Positions 13,706 through 25,700 of a stretch of DNA of 60,000 nt are shown here, in pieces (positions within the stretch are counted from its first letter, which is position 1; every line of letters begins with the position of its first letter). The notes below the pieces were generated by a model that was not told the DNA's origin, searched no databases, and was given only the letters and a program-made list of their open reading frames with translations. A program made the position numbers and the translations under genes. The stretch covers positions 46,998,001 through 47,058,000 of the forward strand of contig NC_087436.1 in assembly GCF_036321535.1 (NCBI RefSeq), read 5' to 3'. This DNA is from Camelus dromedarius (lineage: Eukaryota).

Positions 13706-14939
13706 AGAAAACAAATTACCTGCTTTTCTGTTACTTGCAGCCTAATTCAGTCCTAAATGGTATTTTTAAACTGAAAATGTTTTATATTTTTGATGTAGAA
13801 AAATCTTAAATAAATCAATAAAAACACTTAATCTAATAAATTTATAGGTAAGTAACACATGTAAGATAAAACCCACAGATAAGGAAGTAGAGGTGCTAAG
13901 AAATAACATGGAAATAGGTTTCCCATAAAAACATGAAATATTTTTAAATATCAAGAGAAAGTCATTGTTAAAATAGTACATGAAGAAGCAAGATACAGAA
14001 TTTATATTGTGTGTTTCCAACTACGTTTTTAAAATAAGCCTTGAAAGAAAGATTGAAAGAAAAGAATAAAAGGGAAGATTTTTTAATGATGAGATTTGGG
14101 GTTTTTTTCCTTCTTTCTATTACTTTTTTGTATAGGTCATATTCAAACAGCTAGTTCTCTCACTTTATTCAGGTCTCTTAAGTAGGAAAAAGAAAATAAA
14201 CTATGCTTTAAAAATAATTACAATACAGTATGCTATTTGTAATAATACATGGAAGGAAGTGTAAAGTCAAGTGCTGGCACAAAGGAGGTGGTGAGGCTTT
14301 GCCTGGAACACTGGGAAAGCATCACAGAGGGGTGGGTAATTGAGTGGGGTCTTACCCAGGTAGAGGAATGGCTGTGCACAAGCCCAGGGTGTTAAGTAAA
14401 CTGCAAACAGCTGTGATGGCTGTAATGCTGAGTGGGAAGGAGAAAGCAGTGCAAGATTAGGTAAGGCAAGAAAAAGCCACACCTGAGAGGGGTTCGCATC
14501 ATAAACAACAGAGTTTGACCTTTATTCTACAGAGGAGTAATTTTTGGCAGGAAAGAGCCATGATCGTACTAGTAGTTTATAAAAATTTTTCTGCCACAGT
14601 GGGACCAGAGGCAGTGGGATAAGTTAGTGCCATTGCAGTTGTCCGGGCAAGAAGTCTGAACTGAAGAACAAACAAGGGAGAAGGAGAGAAAGAATAAATG
14701 CAACAGATCCTTGAAGAGTCACAGAGGAACGAGTTAGAGGAAACAGTGAGGTTGAATTCCAGTGTTTACTGAGGAACTTTCTACCAATTATTTTCCTAGT
14801 CTTTAAAATGGGAGCCAACATGCATACAGAAAAGCACACAAATAAATGCAGGTGGCGTACAGCTCCATGACTGACCACAAAGAGAACCCATGTAATCATG
14901 TGATCACCATGCCACCAATCACTTCTTGGACTATTGGAA

Positions 14940-15230
14940 CCTCAAAGAAAGTGACTTCCACTTGCTCAGGCCAAAAGCCTAGAAGTCATCTGTGATTCCT
15001 TTCTACCCCTCATATCATACAGCTAAGCCATCAGCAAGTCTGCTCTACCTTCAAGACATATCCAGAACTCAATTGTTCTCACCATCTCCACTGCTGCTAC
15101 CCTACTCCAAGCCACTGTCATTTCCAGTCTTGCCATAGGCTCCTGCCTGTTGCACCCTTGCTCCCGAAGTCTACTCTCCACACAGCTACTGGCATAGTCC
15201 TTTTAACATAGGGATTGTATCACGTTACTC
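14940..15230 (+). mobile_element. L2 LINE fragment
   Basis: ttgctcaggccaaaagcctagaagtcatc ... ctctaccttcaagacatatccaga ... ctcaccatctccactgct. Confidence 0.65.
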
Positions 15231-16499
15231 CCTATAGAGGATTATCTTAATGACGCTAGTTCTTTAACCCTCCCTGTGTTGGTGGCCTTCGCCATGTAAC
15301 TTTAAAATGACCTGCCCCACCTTTTTGATTCTGGGGCTCAGCTGTGTGTTTTGCATAGTAGACGCCATCCAAGCAGAGACTGGAATTGGCTTTCAGCATT
15401 TAGGAATTTTTCTTTTCTGCAAAACTGTCCATGAATGGAGAATGATACAATTCATGTTATCACCACATCCTCCTGCTCTGATTTGCCTTTCTGACCGCCT
15501 TGCACAGTCTTGCCCTACACCTGCCCTTACCCGACTCTACCCTCTGACTCTCAGGGTCCTGGCCTGATCCCTCCTTTCCCTTGGGCACTTCCCTGCCCAC
15601 ATTGGCCCATGCTGGTCTCCCTCCCTACACAGTGCTTTTAAGCAATCTCCTCCCAAACTCCACATCTGGCATCAGATAAAAGGGAATCTCCAGTCTCTCT
15701 CACCATGCACCAATCTCCCCTCCCTCCCACCGCACCCTGGACTTTACTCAGTGCCCATTCCATCTTTGCTCATCCAAGAAACTGACCACTTAGTATCTTC
15801 TTTTTGGCTAACTTTGAATCCCTCAGAGCCATAGTTCAGATCAAAACAATCTCTTCCTCTTCTGACTTTTTTCTTACTGTCACTTATTTGGAAACAGGAC
15901 CAATTTACACATAAGGCACAACGGCATAGTACCTAGAGGCCCACAAACATGTTTTAATGTTAATTTCTTTTAAAATAAGAAAAAATAAAATAATAATAAA
16001 CCCAGCCCGGATTATATACATCTTTGTACCCCTGTATTTGTAGAATATCATTTTAAATATTTTTAATGGAGGAAAGAGTTCACAAAGGGAAAAAATCCTA
16101 AGACAAACAAGTCATAATATGACCCTAGCTGGTTTTGAGCATATTGTTATCCTTTGTGGGTGAATGTGTGTTTCAACTTAACCACAAATTCCTTAAAAAT
16201 GAGTGTGGCCTTTTTTACATATTCATTTTCCCTACAGAAACTGTCTTCTTATCAGAAACCTGTTTAAATTGGCTAATCATGTGCATTGTGCTGTCCCCAA
16301 TATAGAAAGGTCAATGGCTGCACTTTCTCCATTCTAGGGTCAATGCCATGGATGGTAGAATGAGTGCGCCCCACCAGCTGCTTAATTAACACAAAGACTG
16401 TGGAGATTGTTCACAATCAGGTAGCATCCTCACACGTTATTAGAGGCAAACAGGAGAAGTGGTGGGTTTGTGCATTCATTCATTCATTCATTCATACAG

Positions 16500-16700
16500 T
16501 AGAAACCTGGCTCCTCTCCTCTTACTAGTTATATGGCCTGGGCAAGTAATTTAAGCTCCTTGCCTATCTTCCTGAACTAGAAATAGGGGAATAAATAAGG
16601 CACTTGCTTCAGAGGGCCGTGATGAAGAATAAATGAGATAATCCACATCAAGGCATAGAACGGTGCCTGGTGAACACACTTGAAATGGTAACTGTCAATT
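16500..16700 (+). mobile_element. MIR SINE
   Basis: ctgggcaagtaatttaa ... gaagaataaatgagataatcca ... gtgcctgg. Confidence 0.7.
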
Positions 16701-17099
16701 AGTTAGACAGAAAATTGAATGCCGACATGCTTATTGACTGAATGAATGAACAGTGCTCAAACAGCCAAAGGCCTTGTCTCTGGGCTCTCTTTCTCCACAG
16801 CTCTCCCCAGTTGAGCACAAGGAACCATATGTCTGTCTGACCCAGCTATGTAAACCAAGAACGTTCATATTCACTGGCCTTTGGTGGATTAGGCACTATG
16901 GCCTTAGGCATTTTGAAGGTTTCTTACCACACCGCGTATCTGCAGACTGAGGAGAGGACTTGCCAGCTTCCCCAAGGGGTTCAAAAGAAGTATCAACAAA
17001 GGTTGGGGGTACTCAACAGCCATCTAACTGGTCTTCCCTGTCCCAGTTATGCCCCCCACTTTAGGACATTCTCCACAAAGCAGTAGACAGATCTTTATG

Positions 17100-17640
17100 A
17101 AGGTGAGCATTCGGTCACATCACTTCCCTGATTATACCTTTAAAGGCTTCTTTTTGAGTTGAAATTATAAGCCCTCAATGGCTTACCAGGCCCCCATCTT
17201 CTGCCCCAGCCTGCCTCTCCAGTGGCTCCCTGTCCCCCTCTCCCTCCAATCCACGCTCCAGACTTGACCTTAGTTTTTCAGTTCCTCAAACAGCACTTTA
17301 TCTCACGGAACTCCTACCTGCTCTCCCTTGGAGTTCCCTCTGCCTAGAGCAATTTTCTCCTTTCTCTTCACTTGGCTAATTCTCACTCTACCTGGGAAGT
17401 AATTCTGACCCCTTAGACAGGATTAGATCCCCTGCTTTGCTCTCCCATAGCACCTAGTTTCCCCCCAACCATCACTATAATCTGTTGTAATTATCTGTTT
17501 GATGTCTGTCATTCTCAACAGGTTGGTAGCTTTGTGGGGCCACCATTATGCCTGACTTGGTCTTGGCTGTATCCTCAAACCCTAACACAGTGCCTTGCTC
17601 ATAGTATCTCTCAACACATTGACTGAAAGAATGGATTGAT
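17100..17640 (+). mobile_element. L2 LINE 3' fragment
   Basis: Pyrimidine-rich; ends cctaacacagtgccttgctcatagtatctctcaacacattgactgaaagaatgga. Confidence 0.7.
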
Positions 17641-17749
17641 AAAAAGAAAAAAGTCCCAAGGGGGGAAACCAACAATGAACCTCTATGCTAAGAATAAGTC
17701 TGCATCCACCTAAACAACACAGGATTGGGGCCAGAGAATGAGAGGTACA

Positions 17750-17910
17750 CAGCTAACCCCTCTGTGCCTCAGTTTCCTCATCTGTAACCAAGGATACTAA
17801 AAAGCCTATCTTACAGGGTTGTTGTAAAGATTAAGTGAGTTAATAGAAATAAAGCATTTAGAACAGGATGTGACATACGCTGGCACTGTACGTGATTATT
17901 ATTTTTATTA
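17750..17910 (+). mobile_element. MIR SINE
   Basis: ctctgtgcctcagtttcctcatctgtaa ... agggttgttgtaaagattaagtgagttaat. Confidence 0.8.
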
Positions 17911-18706
17911 TTCACATGGGGCGTTTTTCCTGGGTAGTGCACCTCATTCCACACAGCCAATGCGGGGGCAGCTTACTGAAGCAAGCACGTGCAGGAGGCG
18001 GTGTCTGTGGACAGGTGATGTCCAGCGCCCCGTCCTAGACAGGCACAGAGCAGGAATGGCTGAGTGGCTACTCCCTGAAGTATCCCGTTATCTACAGCGC
18101 AGTACAGATGAGAGAGCTACCATCCCGCTCCGTGGAAACGCACATAACTCACTGCTGCATTTTCAGCCCATCTGGAGAGCTGGGCCCAATGAGTGTTCCA
18201 TCTTTATCCTTCCCAGTCCCTAAGAATAACACATCAAAGAGCACGTTTGCATCCCTACAACAGATAACAGCACCGCCATAAGCTTCAGGGTCCACACATG
18301 CTACAGATAGAATGAATTAACAATTTCACATATTTATAAAATATAAATTAACCCAATAAATATATAACTCCAAGTGAAATCCCTGCTTTTTAAAACTGAG
18401 CAGAGAAAGACACTTTGATAAATAAAAGGTTAGTAAATTTTCATTATGTGGCATCACCAAATTGGCATTTCTCACATGGAACAAATCACTCCTCTCTGAT
18501 ACATAGATGTGGACACACAGAAGCATCAGGCTATGAGGGAGGAGGGTGTGGAATCCAGAAAACTCATTTTTTTTAATGACATTTGGTTATTTGGTGCTTT
18601 TGTTTAACAAGAGAAAAGCAAGTAATATGATCAGTAAGAATTCTAGAAGCTCTGGTGCATTTATATAAGCGCCGTAAATTACTCGTGAAAACCACGGGGC
18701 ACTTAC

Positions 18707-18845
18707 CTTCGTCTTTGTGTGTAATACACCGTGTCTGTGTGGGACCCAGCTTGCTTTGATGGTAAACAGCTATTCTCTCTGAAACCTTGCCTTCTCTGGC
18801 TCTGCTCTGTACAGAGAGTTTCCTTTAATAGCCAAACTGGTTCTC
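18707..18845 (-). ncRNA. Candidate internal exon of an antisense (LEF1-AS1-like) transcript
   Basis: Minus strand: acceptor ctgctttctttttcttttttccag|G and donor AAG|gtaagt, 139 nt apart. Confidence 0.5.
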
Positions 18846-20789
18846 CTGGAAAAAAGAAAAAGAAAGCAGTGCAAAAAATGTACGTTTTAGACTTCTTTCT
18901 TTTCCATAATAGGGTAATGATAATTTACATTCATATTCAAAGATGTAAAGATCCATACACCAGCTTCGTAGAGAAGCAGTCAAAATGTAAAGCAGTATCC
19001 GCCACTAAATATGCCACAGCAAAGAAAAAATTTATCAGTCTGTTCCTCAAAGACACAGTACACCAAAAATCAACCTTCTCTCTTCTTGGGCCCCTGACCC
19101 TGAAACAGAACAGTATGTATGTGGACAAGAATGCTGCAGATATTTATTTATGTGGATTATTTATTATACTGGGGTTGGGGATTATCTTGTTGCTAAATAG
19201 GCTTGAGGGAGGCTATGTTTATCTATGAGCTATTTCAAAACATTATTAAGGACACATCATTAGAAAAGGGAGCAACTTCATAACTTAAGGTTCTATTTTC
19301 CTCATAAAGAATTTTCCATTGAAAACCTGAAATAATATTAACAATAACAATTTATATATACATATATATAACAGGATTTTATAACTACAATAGAAAAATA
19401 AGATTAAAAAAAAAGAAGAAATCATTAGCATCACCTCCAGGTAAAGAAATATGCGAGCTGAGATGGAAGGCCTTTATATGTAAAGCCAGGAATACTTATT
19501 TCCATATTGCAAAATGTGTCAAGTTTCGCAGTGATAATAGCATTGACTGAAAAATGTTAATTACAGTGAATCTCCCAGAAACACTCCAAGCTAGAATCTC
19601 TCCTTCTGGCTCAGGATGGTCTCTTGGGCTGACGAAGGAGCTTGCCCCCGCCCTCTGGCTCTTTCTGAATGTTCCCAGGTAAACCAGAAAATTTCCCTTT
19701 GGCAGCACAGCCGGGACGTGGCATCCAGAAGTACCTGAAGTTACCCTTCGCGGAGGCTGTCTGAGGGCCCGCACAGCCACAGAACCGTGGGCCAGAGATG
19801 CACCCAGAATCGGCTATGAGCTCTGCCCCGGCCGGGGCCACCTGGCCTCGTGGCCACGCCCACCTGCACGGACACTCACACGCGGAGGCACCTGAGAGAA
19901 GGGAAGAGATCCTCCCTGCTCCACACTCCTCCACCCTCCAGGCCTATCCGAGCGAGTTCCGTCCTTCCCACTAGCACAGCCAGGAACCCCGCGCTGAGTA
20001 CAGAATAAAACAGAATGCATGGAAAGAGAGGCTAGAATAGTGTGTGGTATTACGGAAACTTCTTCTCAGACCTTTTCCTTCACAGCATAAAAATTATGTT
20101 GCTAACACCAAGCTGTGGTCTTGAGGGATGTGCTGGATATGAAGCTTATTTGAGAACAGGGAGAATGGGAGACGGCCAGTGTGCACAAACTACGTTCTGT
20201 TAGAAACGTCTGTTGTAATAAGGGCTCTGCTCTGGAAGTTTCCATGATCATTCCATCGATATATGACAAAACCGAAGCTTGGAGACATTAAGTAACTTGC
20301 CCAAGATTTACATAGCTAGTAAGTATCCCAGTTAGGTCTGAACCCAGATTTGTAAGACTCCATGCTTTTAACCACTGAAAAAAACCCATACTGCTTATCT
20401 TTGTAGATTAGGCAAATGTGGACAGTATGAAAAAGAACCCATTTATTGATTTAACAAGCAATGGTTTCATTGAAATCTGTATGACAACCTTATCAATAGC
20501 ATTTGAAAGGGAGACATTATACAGGCACAAAGAAATTTTGATCTGTCTTTATATTATTCCCCACCCCCAACACACACACACATACACAGACATTTAGGTT
20601 AAATTAATGAAACAGTGCAAATACAGGAAGGCACATGTAGGGCAGAAAGGCTGCAACATGAGATCACATGATCTGATTCTGTGGTCATCAGGGTTTTCCT
20701 CCAGCCATACAAGAGCCTATACGGTTAACCCCAGAGACTGCAATGAGCAAGGCTTCTGCCTCCCTCTGTGGGTTAATCAAAGAGCAGTA

Positions 20790-21060
20790 CTACCAAGTGC
20801 AATGTGGCTTCCTGATTGGATCCTGGAACAGAAAAATGACATGAATGGAAAAACTAGTGAGACCTGAATAAATTCTACAGAGTTTAGTTAAAAGCAACGT
20901 ACCAATGTTAGTTTCTGTTTTGACAAATGCTCCAGAGTTATTTAAAATATTAACAGTAAGACAAAGTGGGTAAAGGGAACACAGGACACTGCACTAACTT
21001 TGAAACTTTTCTGTAAATATAAAATTATTCCAAAATAAAAGATTTGGTTTAAAAAGTTAA
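20790..21060 (+). mobile_element. Old L1 (L1MC/MD-like) 3' UTR fragment
   Basis: tggatcctggaacagaaaaatgacat ... gtaccaatgttagtttct ... aaattattccaaaataaaag. Confidence 0.7.
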
Positions 21061-21359
21061 GTAAAATTTAAATATAAAAATAAGAGAGAGAGAGAGAGAG
21101 CATGCAGTGCTAGAGATCAGAAAATCATCTTTCTGGCTTCTCATCATATCCAAAGGGGAAAACCATGAAGGCTAATCTTGCAAAATTTTTTATGTTATTA
21201 ATCTGGTCATACAGATGCAAAATCATTGATTGTGTATATTTAAATAAAGAGAAAGATGACTCTCAAAGATTAGAAATATACATCAGTTTAGTCAAAATCT
21301 TGCCTTGTCTGAATAACTCTGGGAAGCTTATCCTCGTGCCAGCATTTCATTAGGAGAGA

Positions 21360-22760
21360 TTCTCTTCACTGGAGTATTAAAAGAATCTGCTATCAGACAT
21401 AAAAGAAGACTTGGAAAAAACAGCAAAAAATATCATGTTCTTAGATAAAGACTTAATATCCTAAAACTCAATTCTCCCCATTATCAATCTTAAACTTAAG
21501 ATTTTGTTTCTAACAAAAAGGCTAACCGTTTTTGTGGGGGAACTAGACAAAGCTGATTTCAACATCCATAAGCAAGAAATAATAGCCATGAACATTTGGG
21601 GGGAAAAGAGTAATAGGAGGGAACAAAGAATACCAGATTTTAAAGTACATAATGAAACTACAGTTTTAAAAACAAAGTGGTACTGACTTTGACTGGACTA
21701 ACTGATCAATGACATAAAACAGAATGTCCAGAAATAGACCTAAATCCCTGAAGTAATTTAATATATATAATAATTTTTCAAAACATTAATGAAAAGATGC
21801 ATTATTTAATAAACAGTATTGAGGCAAGCAGGTGGCAATATGGAAAAAATAACCGTAAGGCTGGTTTTTTACTTTACATCTTCCACCAAAATAAATCCCA
21901 GATATATCAAATACGAATTCATAAACAAATAGATAAAAACATGGAAGGATTTTTTAAAATAACCTATTTTGAGAAAAGTCTCTTTAAGTCATAAAAGATA
22001 AAGATCTGGATATGTGACTACATAAAAATAAAGATTTTTTGCATAGTGCAGCAGGGGGAATAAACAAAATAAAATACAAACAGCAAAATGGTAAATAATG
22101 TTTGTGATTCATATCCCAGAAAAGAAAACTACCATTATTAATATATAAAGAACTATAACAAATCAATAAGAAAAAGAATAACCAACAGAAAAATGGGCAA
22201 AAGGATGTGAACATATACAGTTTACAGAATAGGAAGTATAAAAGCTCTTTAAATTTAGGCAAAGATGCTCATCCTTACTTATAAGAGGACATATTAAACT
22301 ACATTAAGGCACTATTTTCTCCTTCTAGATTGGCAAAGATCCAGAAGTTTGATATCACACCGTGTTACAAAGGATGTGAGGAAATAGGCACTCTCATAAA
22401 TGACTAGTGGGAGTATAAATCGATATGATCTTTATGTAAAGCAAGGCAATACAATTCCAAACAAAACCACCAATGCTCACACCTTCTGACTTAGCAATTC
22501 CAAGTCTAGTTATTTACCCTCCAGGCACACTCTCAGGATTGCAAAATCCCACAACTACAAGAATAAAAATTACCACATTGTTGGTGATAGCAGAAGATTA
22601 GAAACTATCTAAATATCTATCAATGGAGGACATGTTAAATAAACTAGGGAACACCCACAAGGGAATACTATGCTGCAAATGAAAAGAACGAAGCAATCTT
22701 ATAGGGTCTGAGAGTAAAAGGCCCCAGAATAAAAAGGAAAGAAAGCAAATGAAGAAACAA
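21360..22760 (+). mobile_element. Degenerate ancient L1 (L1ME-like) ORF2 3' region
   Basis: A-rich with L1 ORF2-like motifs (ccagaaatagac, gaaaaatgggcaaaggatgtgaaca, gcaattcc, ggaatactatgctgca); no intact frame. Confidence 0.75.
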
Positions 22761-25700
22761 TGAACAACACGCTGCTGTTGGCGGTGGGGAGTTGTACTTA
22801 TACATGGATATTAAATCTGTGTAGGGGAACAGCTGGCTAGGGAGGCAATACGTGAAAATGATTTTGGTGACAGAACTTTGTAAAGTTTCTCTTTTGGCTT
22901 CTCGAATTATTTAATGATGAACATTAACTGCATTTTAAATAAGGAAAATAAACAAGTTAATTTTATAAGAAAACTCCATCAAATGTCCTGTAACTACTCA
23001 AAGGCATTTCTGAGAAGACAGTGCAAACAAAAACTAAACTACCGGGCTCTTCAGGCCTCTCTCCCTGCTCCTCAGCGGTCCCCACCCTCTCCCTAGGAAA
23101 ACAATGCAGTGTTAAACCCTCAAAGCCTCCCAGCTCAGTTGTTAAGGTAATTGTGTTTACTCTCTTCCAAACAAAGTCATTAGAATCAGAAAAGTAAATG
23201 TGCTCGGTCTTCAGGTTCTTTGATGTCATCTTCCTCCTTGCTCCCGAGTGTGACGACGCCCACGGCAGGCACCACGGCCCAGAGCCCGACACACAAATGC
23301 TACGAGCATTGCCATGGCTACTCCATGCTGCTTGTGATGGTGATGCGAAACAAAACACCGGGAAAACCAAGTTTGAAATAAGACATTAGGCCCGAAAAAA
23401 TACAAGCTGTGGGGGTCTTTCTGCCCTTTGAACACTGGTGGAGATGATGAAACTTTGGAATATTTTTAAATTTCAGAACAATTTTTTAGCGTGGCGAAGT
23501 CCCAGAGACAGGACTATTTTCTTTTCTGAAAATAACATCTCATGAAGGCGAGCGGTGTGCTGCAGCCTCCGGAGCCAACGTCTGTGCCGCTGAGCCTGTC
23601 AAATGCCTTCTCTCTACACGACCCTTGTTCAGCATCACATCAACTCTAAGCATGATTTTAGGATTTCAGGTTCCCAAGACCCGCAAGCCGCTGACTGTTT
23701 AGTCATGCCGGCTGGACCCAGTCAGGGAAAGCACAAAGCGGGCCATCCTGTGCTGAAGGAGCCGCCGAAGCCAGCCAGCTCCCGCCCATGCCATGCGGGA
23801 CACTGCTGAGCCCTGGCCCCCACCTCCCGGGGTCCGTCCCTCCTCCTCGCTCTGCGCGGCCCTGAGTCCACTCCCCTGGAGTCTCAGGTGCTTTCTATTG
23901 TTGCCCCCTTTTTAACACTCCCTTTTCTCCCTCTTTCTTATGACAACAAATTTGAAGTTGGAAGGTATTTAAGAAGGAAAAAAATTCAAAAGAAATCTGC
24001 TAGAATATCCTTTGCTCATTTAACACCCTGAGGTTAAGCTTCTCTAATGGCATTTAAATCCTTGGGGGTTTTTCTCATTACTTTATGTACTTGCAATAAA
24101 AACATTCCTTTAGACCTTAGAAATTCTAAATAAAACAAGAACAAAGAGTGTTCCTTCTTTTCAGCTCTCCACCCAAATGTTGCCATTGTAAATCAAGGTA
24201 AGAAAGTAAATTAACTACTGGCATTTAAATGTTTGCTGTCCCAAATATTTATTCCTTCCCACTCCCCCAAATTTGTTTCATACAAAACAATGCTCATAAA
24301 AACAATAAATATTCATTCCTTATCTACTCAAATTTTTAGATCAAAGCACTGTGTGGCCCAAATCCTGAATAGCAAAAAGTAACACTGTTTGTTCAGCAGG
24401 AAGCCTTCAGCTTCCCAACAGCAACCTGACCAAGTTTGGTTTCCACTTATCTTTAAGTGCTGGAGCGCTAGGCATAAACATAATACGATTGGCACTCCAC
24501 ATTTGCATAAAACATTGCACAGAGTTCCACTCACCCTTTATGCGTACAGTGTGCTAGCAGACCTGCCCGTTGCACCCAGCACCATGCTGTTTCTCTGTTT
24601 ACCTGTTTGCCTCCACCACTAGCACGTAAACTCCAGGGAGGAGCTAGGTCTCCACCTCTGTAGCCTCAGAGCTGGCTCCATGTACTTTTTTTAAATTGAC
24701 TTAAGTGTACTTATTTTTTTTATTCTTCTCTTGGGCTCACAGAACTGCTGTGCCCCTACACATGCCTCCAGAAAGAGGGCCTCCACTTTCCCTGCCACAT
24801 TCCTACTTCACCGCCAGCCTTGTTCAGGCTGAACGTTTATGGGGAGCTGGGGGACTCTCTGAGACGACCTTCCCCCCACCGCCCAGCCCTGAGCCAGGCT
24901 AGGTTGGCACAAACCGTCCCCACCCTTGCCAGCTCTGACTTGCCGGGAGTCTCGCTGTCCTCTGCAGTTGTGGCATCCACCCCCACCCCCGACACACACA
25001 GGTACACACCTGCACACAACTTCTAGGCTCAGGGGGCTCAGCAGCCCACGGCCTTCCATCCAGGCCTGCAGAAGGATTCCCACAGCATTTACACCTTTCT
25101 TCCCTTAAAAGCTGTTTCCCTGAGGTGAAGTCTCCACCCCCAGAGCTGTTGTCTGTGTCTGCGCCTCATTCAGGGACAAAGTTGTTGTTCACAGGGACAT
25201 GCTCCTATGTAATGAACCTGGCAAACAACTTTAAAATGACTACCAACAATCCAGCCAGGGCAGATTACCCAAGGGTAGATACAGACTGCCCATTCCTGCA
25301 AATTGCTCTGTGGTCCTTGAAGTGTCCTTGGGCATCTCTTTCAGAAAATACATGGAGAAAGGATTGAGGTTAAGTCACAGACCTGGTAAACTACTTCTTA
25401 GTGAGATGGACTACTATCCTTCTAAATTATTCGGTGACATATTTATTGATGGACTACTGAGCCGTCCTTACGCTGGTTGCTACCAGTGAGGTAACTGTAA
25501 GACACCGTCCCCGCCTTCAACGCTGTCCTTCAGAGGCGGCATAGGGCACAGGCTCCAATTCCCAGCTCTGCCACAGACCATCTGGGTGACCCTTAGCCTA
25601 GCTCTGAGCTTCAATTTTCATTCTCTGACATGGAGCTACTCTGCTTTGCAGATTATTTCTAGGATTGGAAATGACATATATGAGACACAGGGTGCACAGC

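Noticed and set aside
15682..15691. Perfect NF-kB site GGGAATCTCC
   Set aside because: Isolated 10-mer without supporting context; such hits are expected by chance in 60 kb.
18731..19228. 165-aa plus-strand ORF
   Set aside because: GTG start, no recognisable protein, no supporting plus-strand gene structure.
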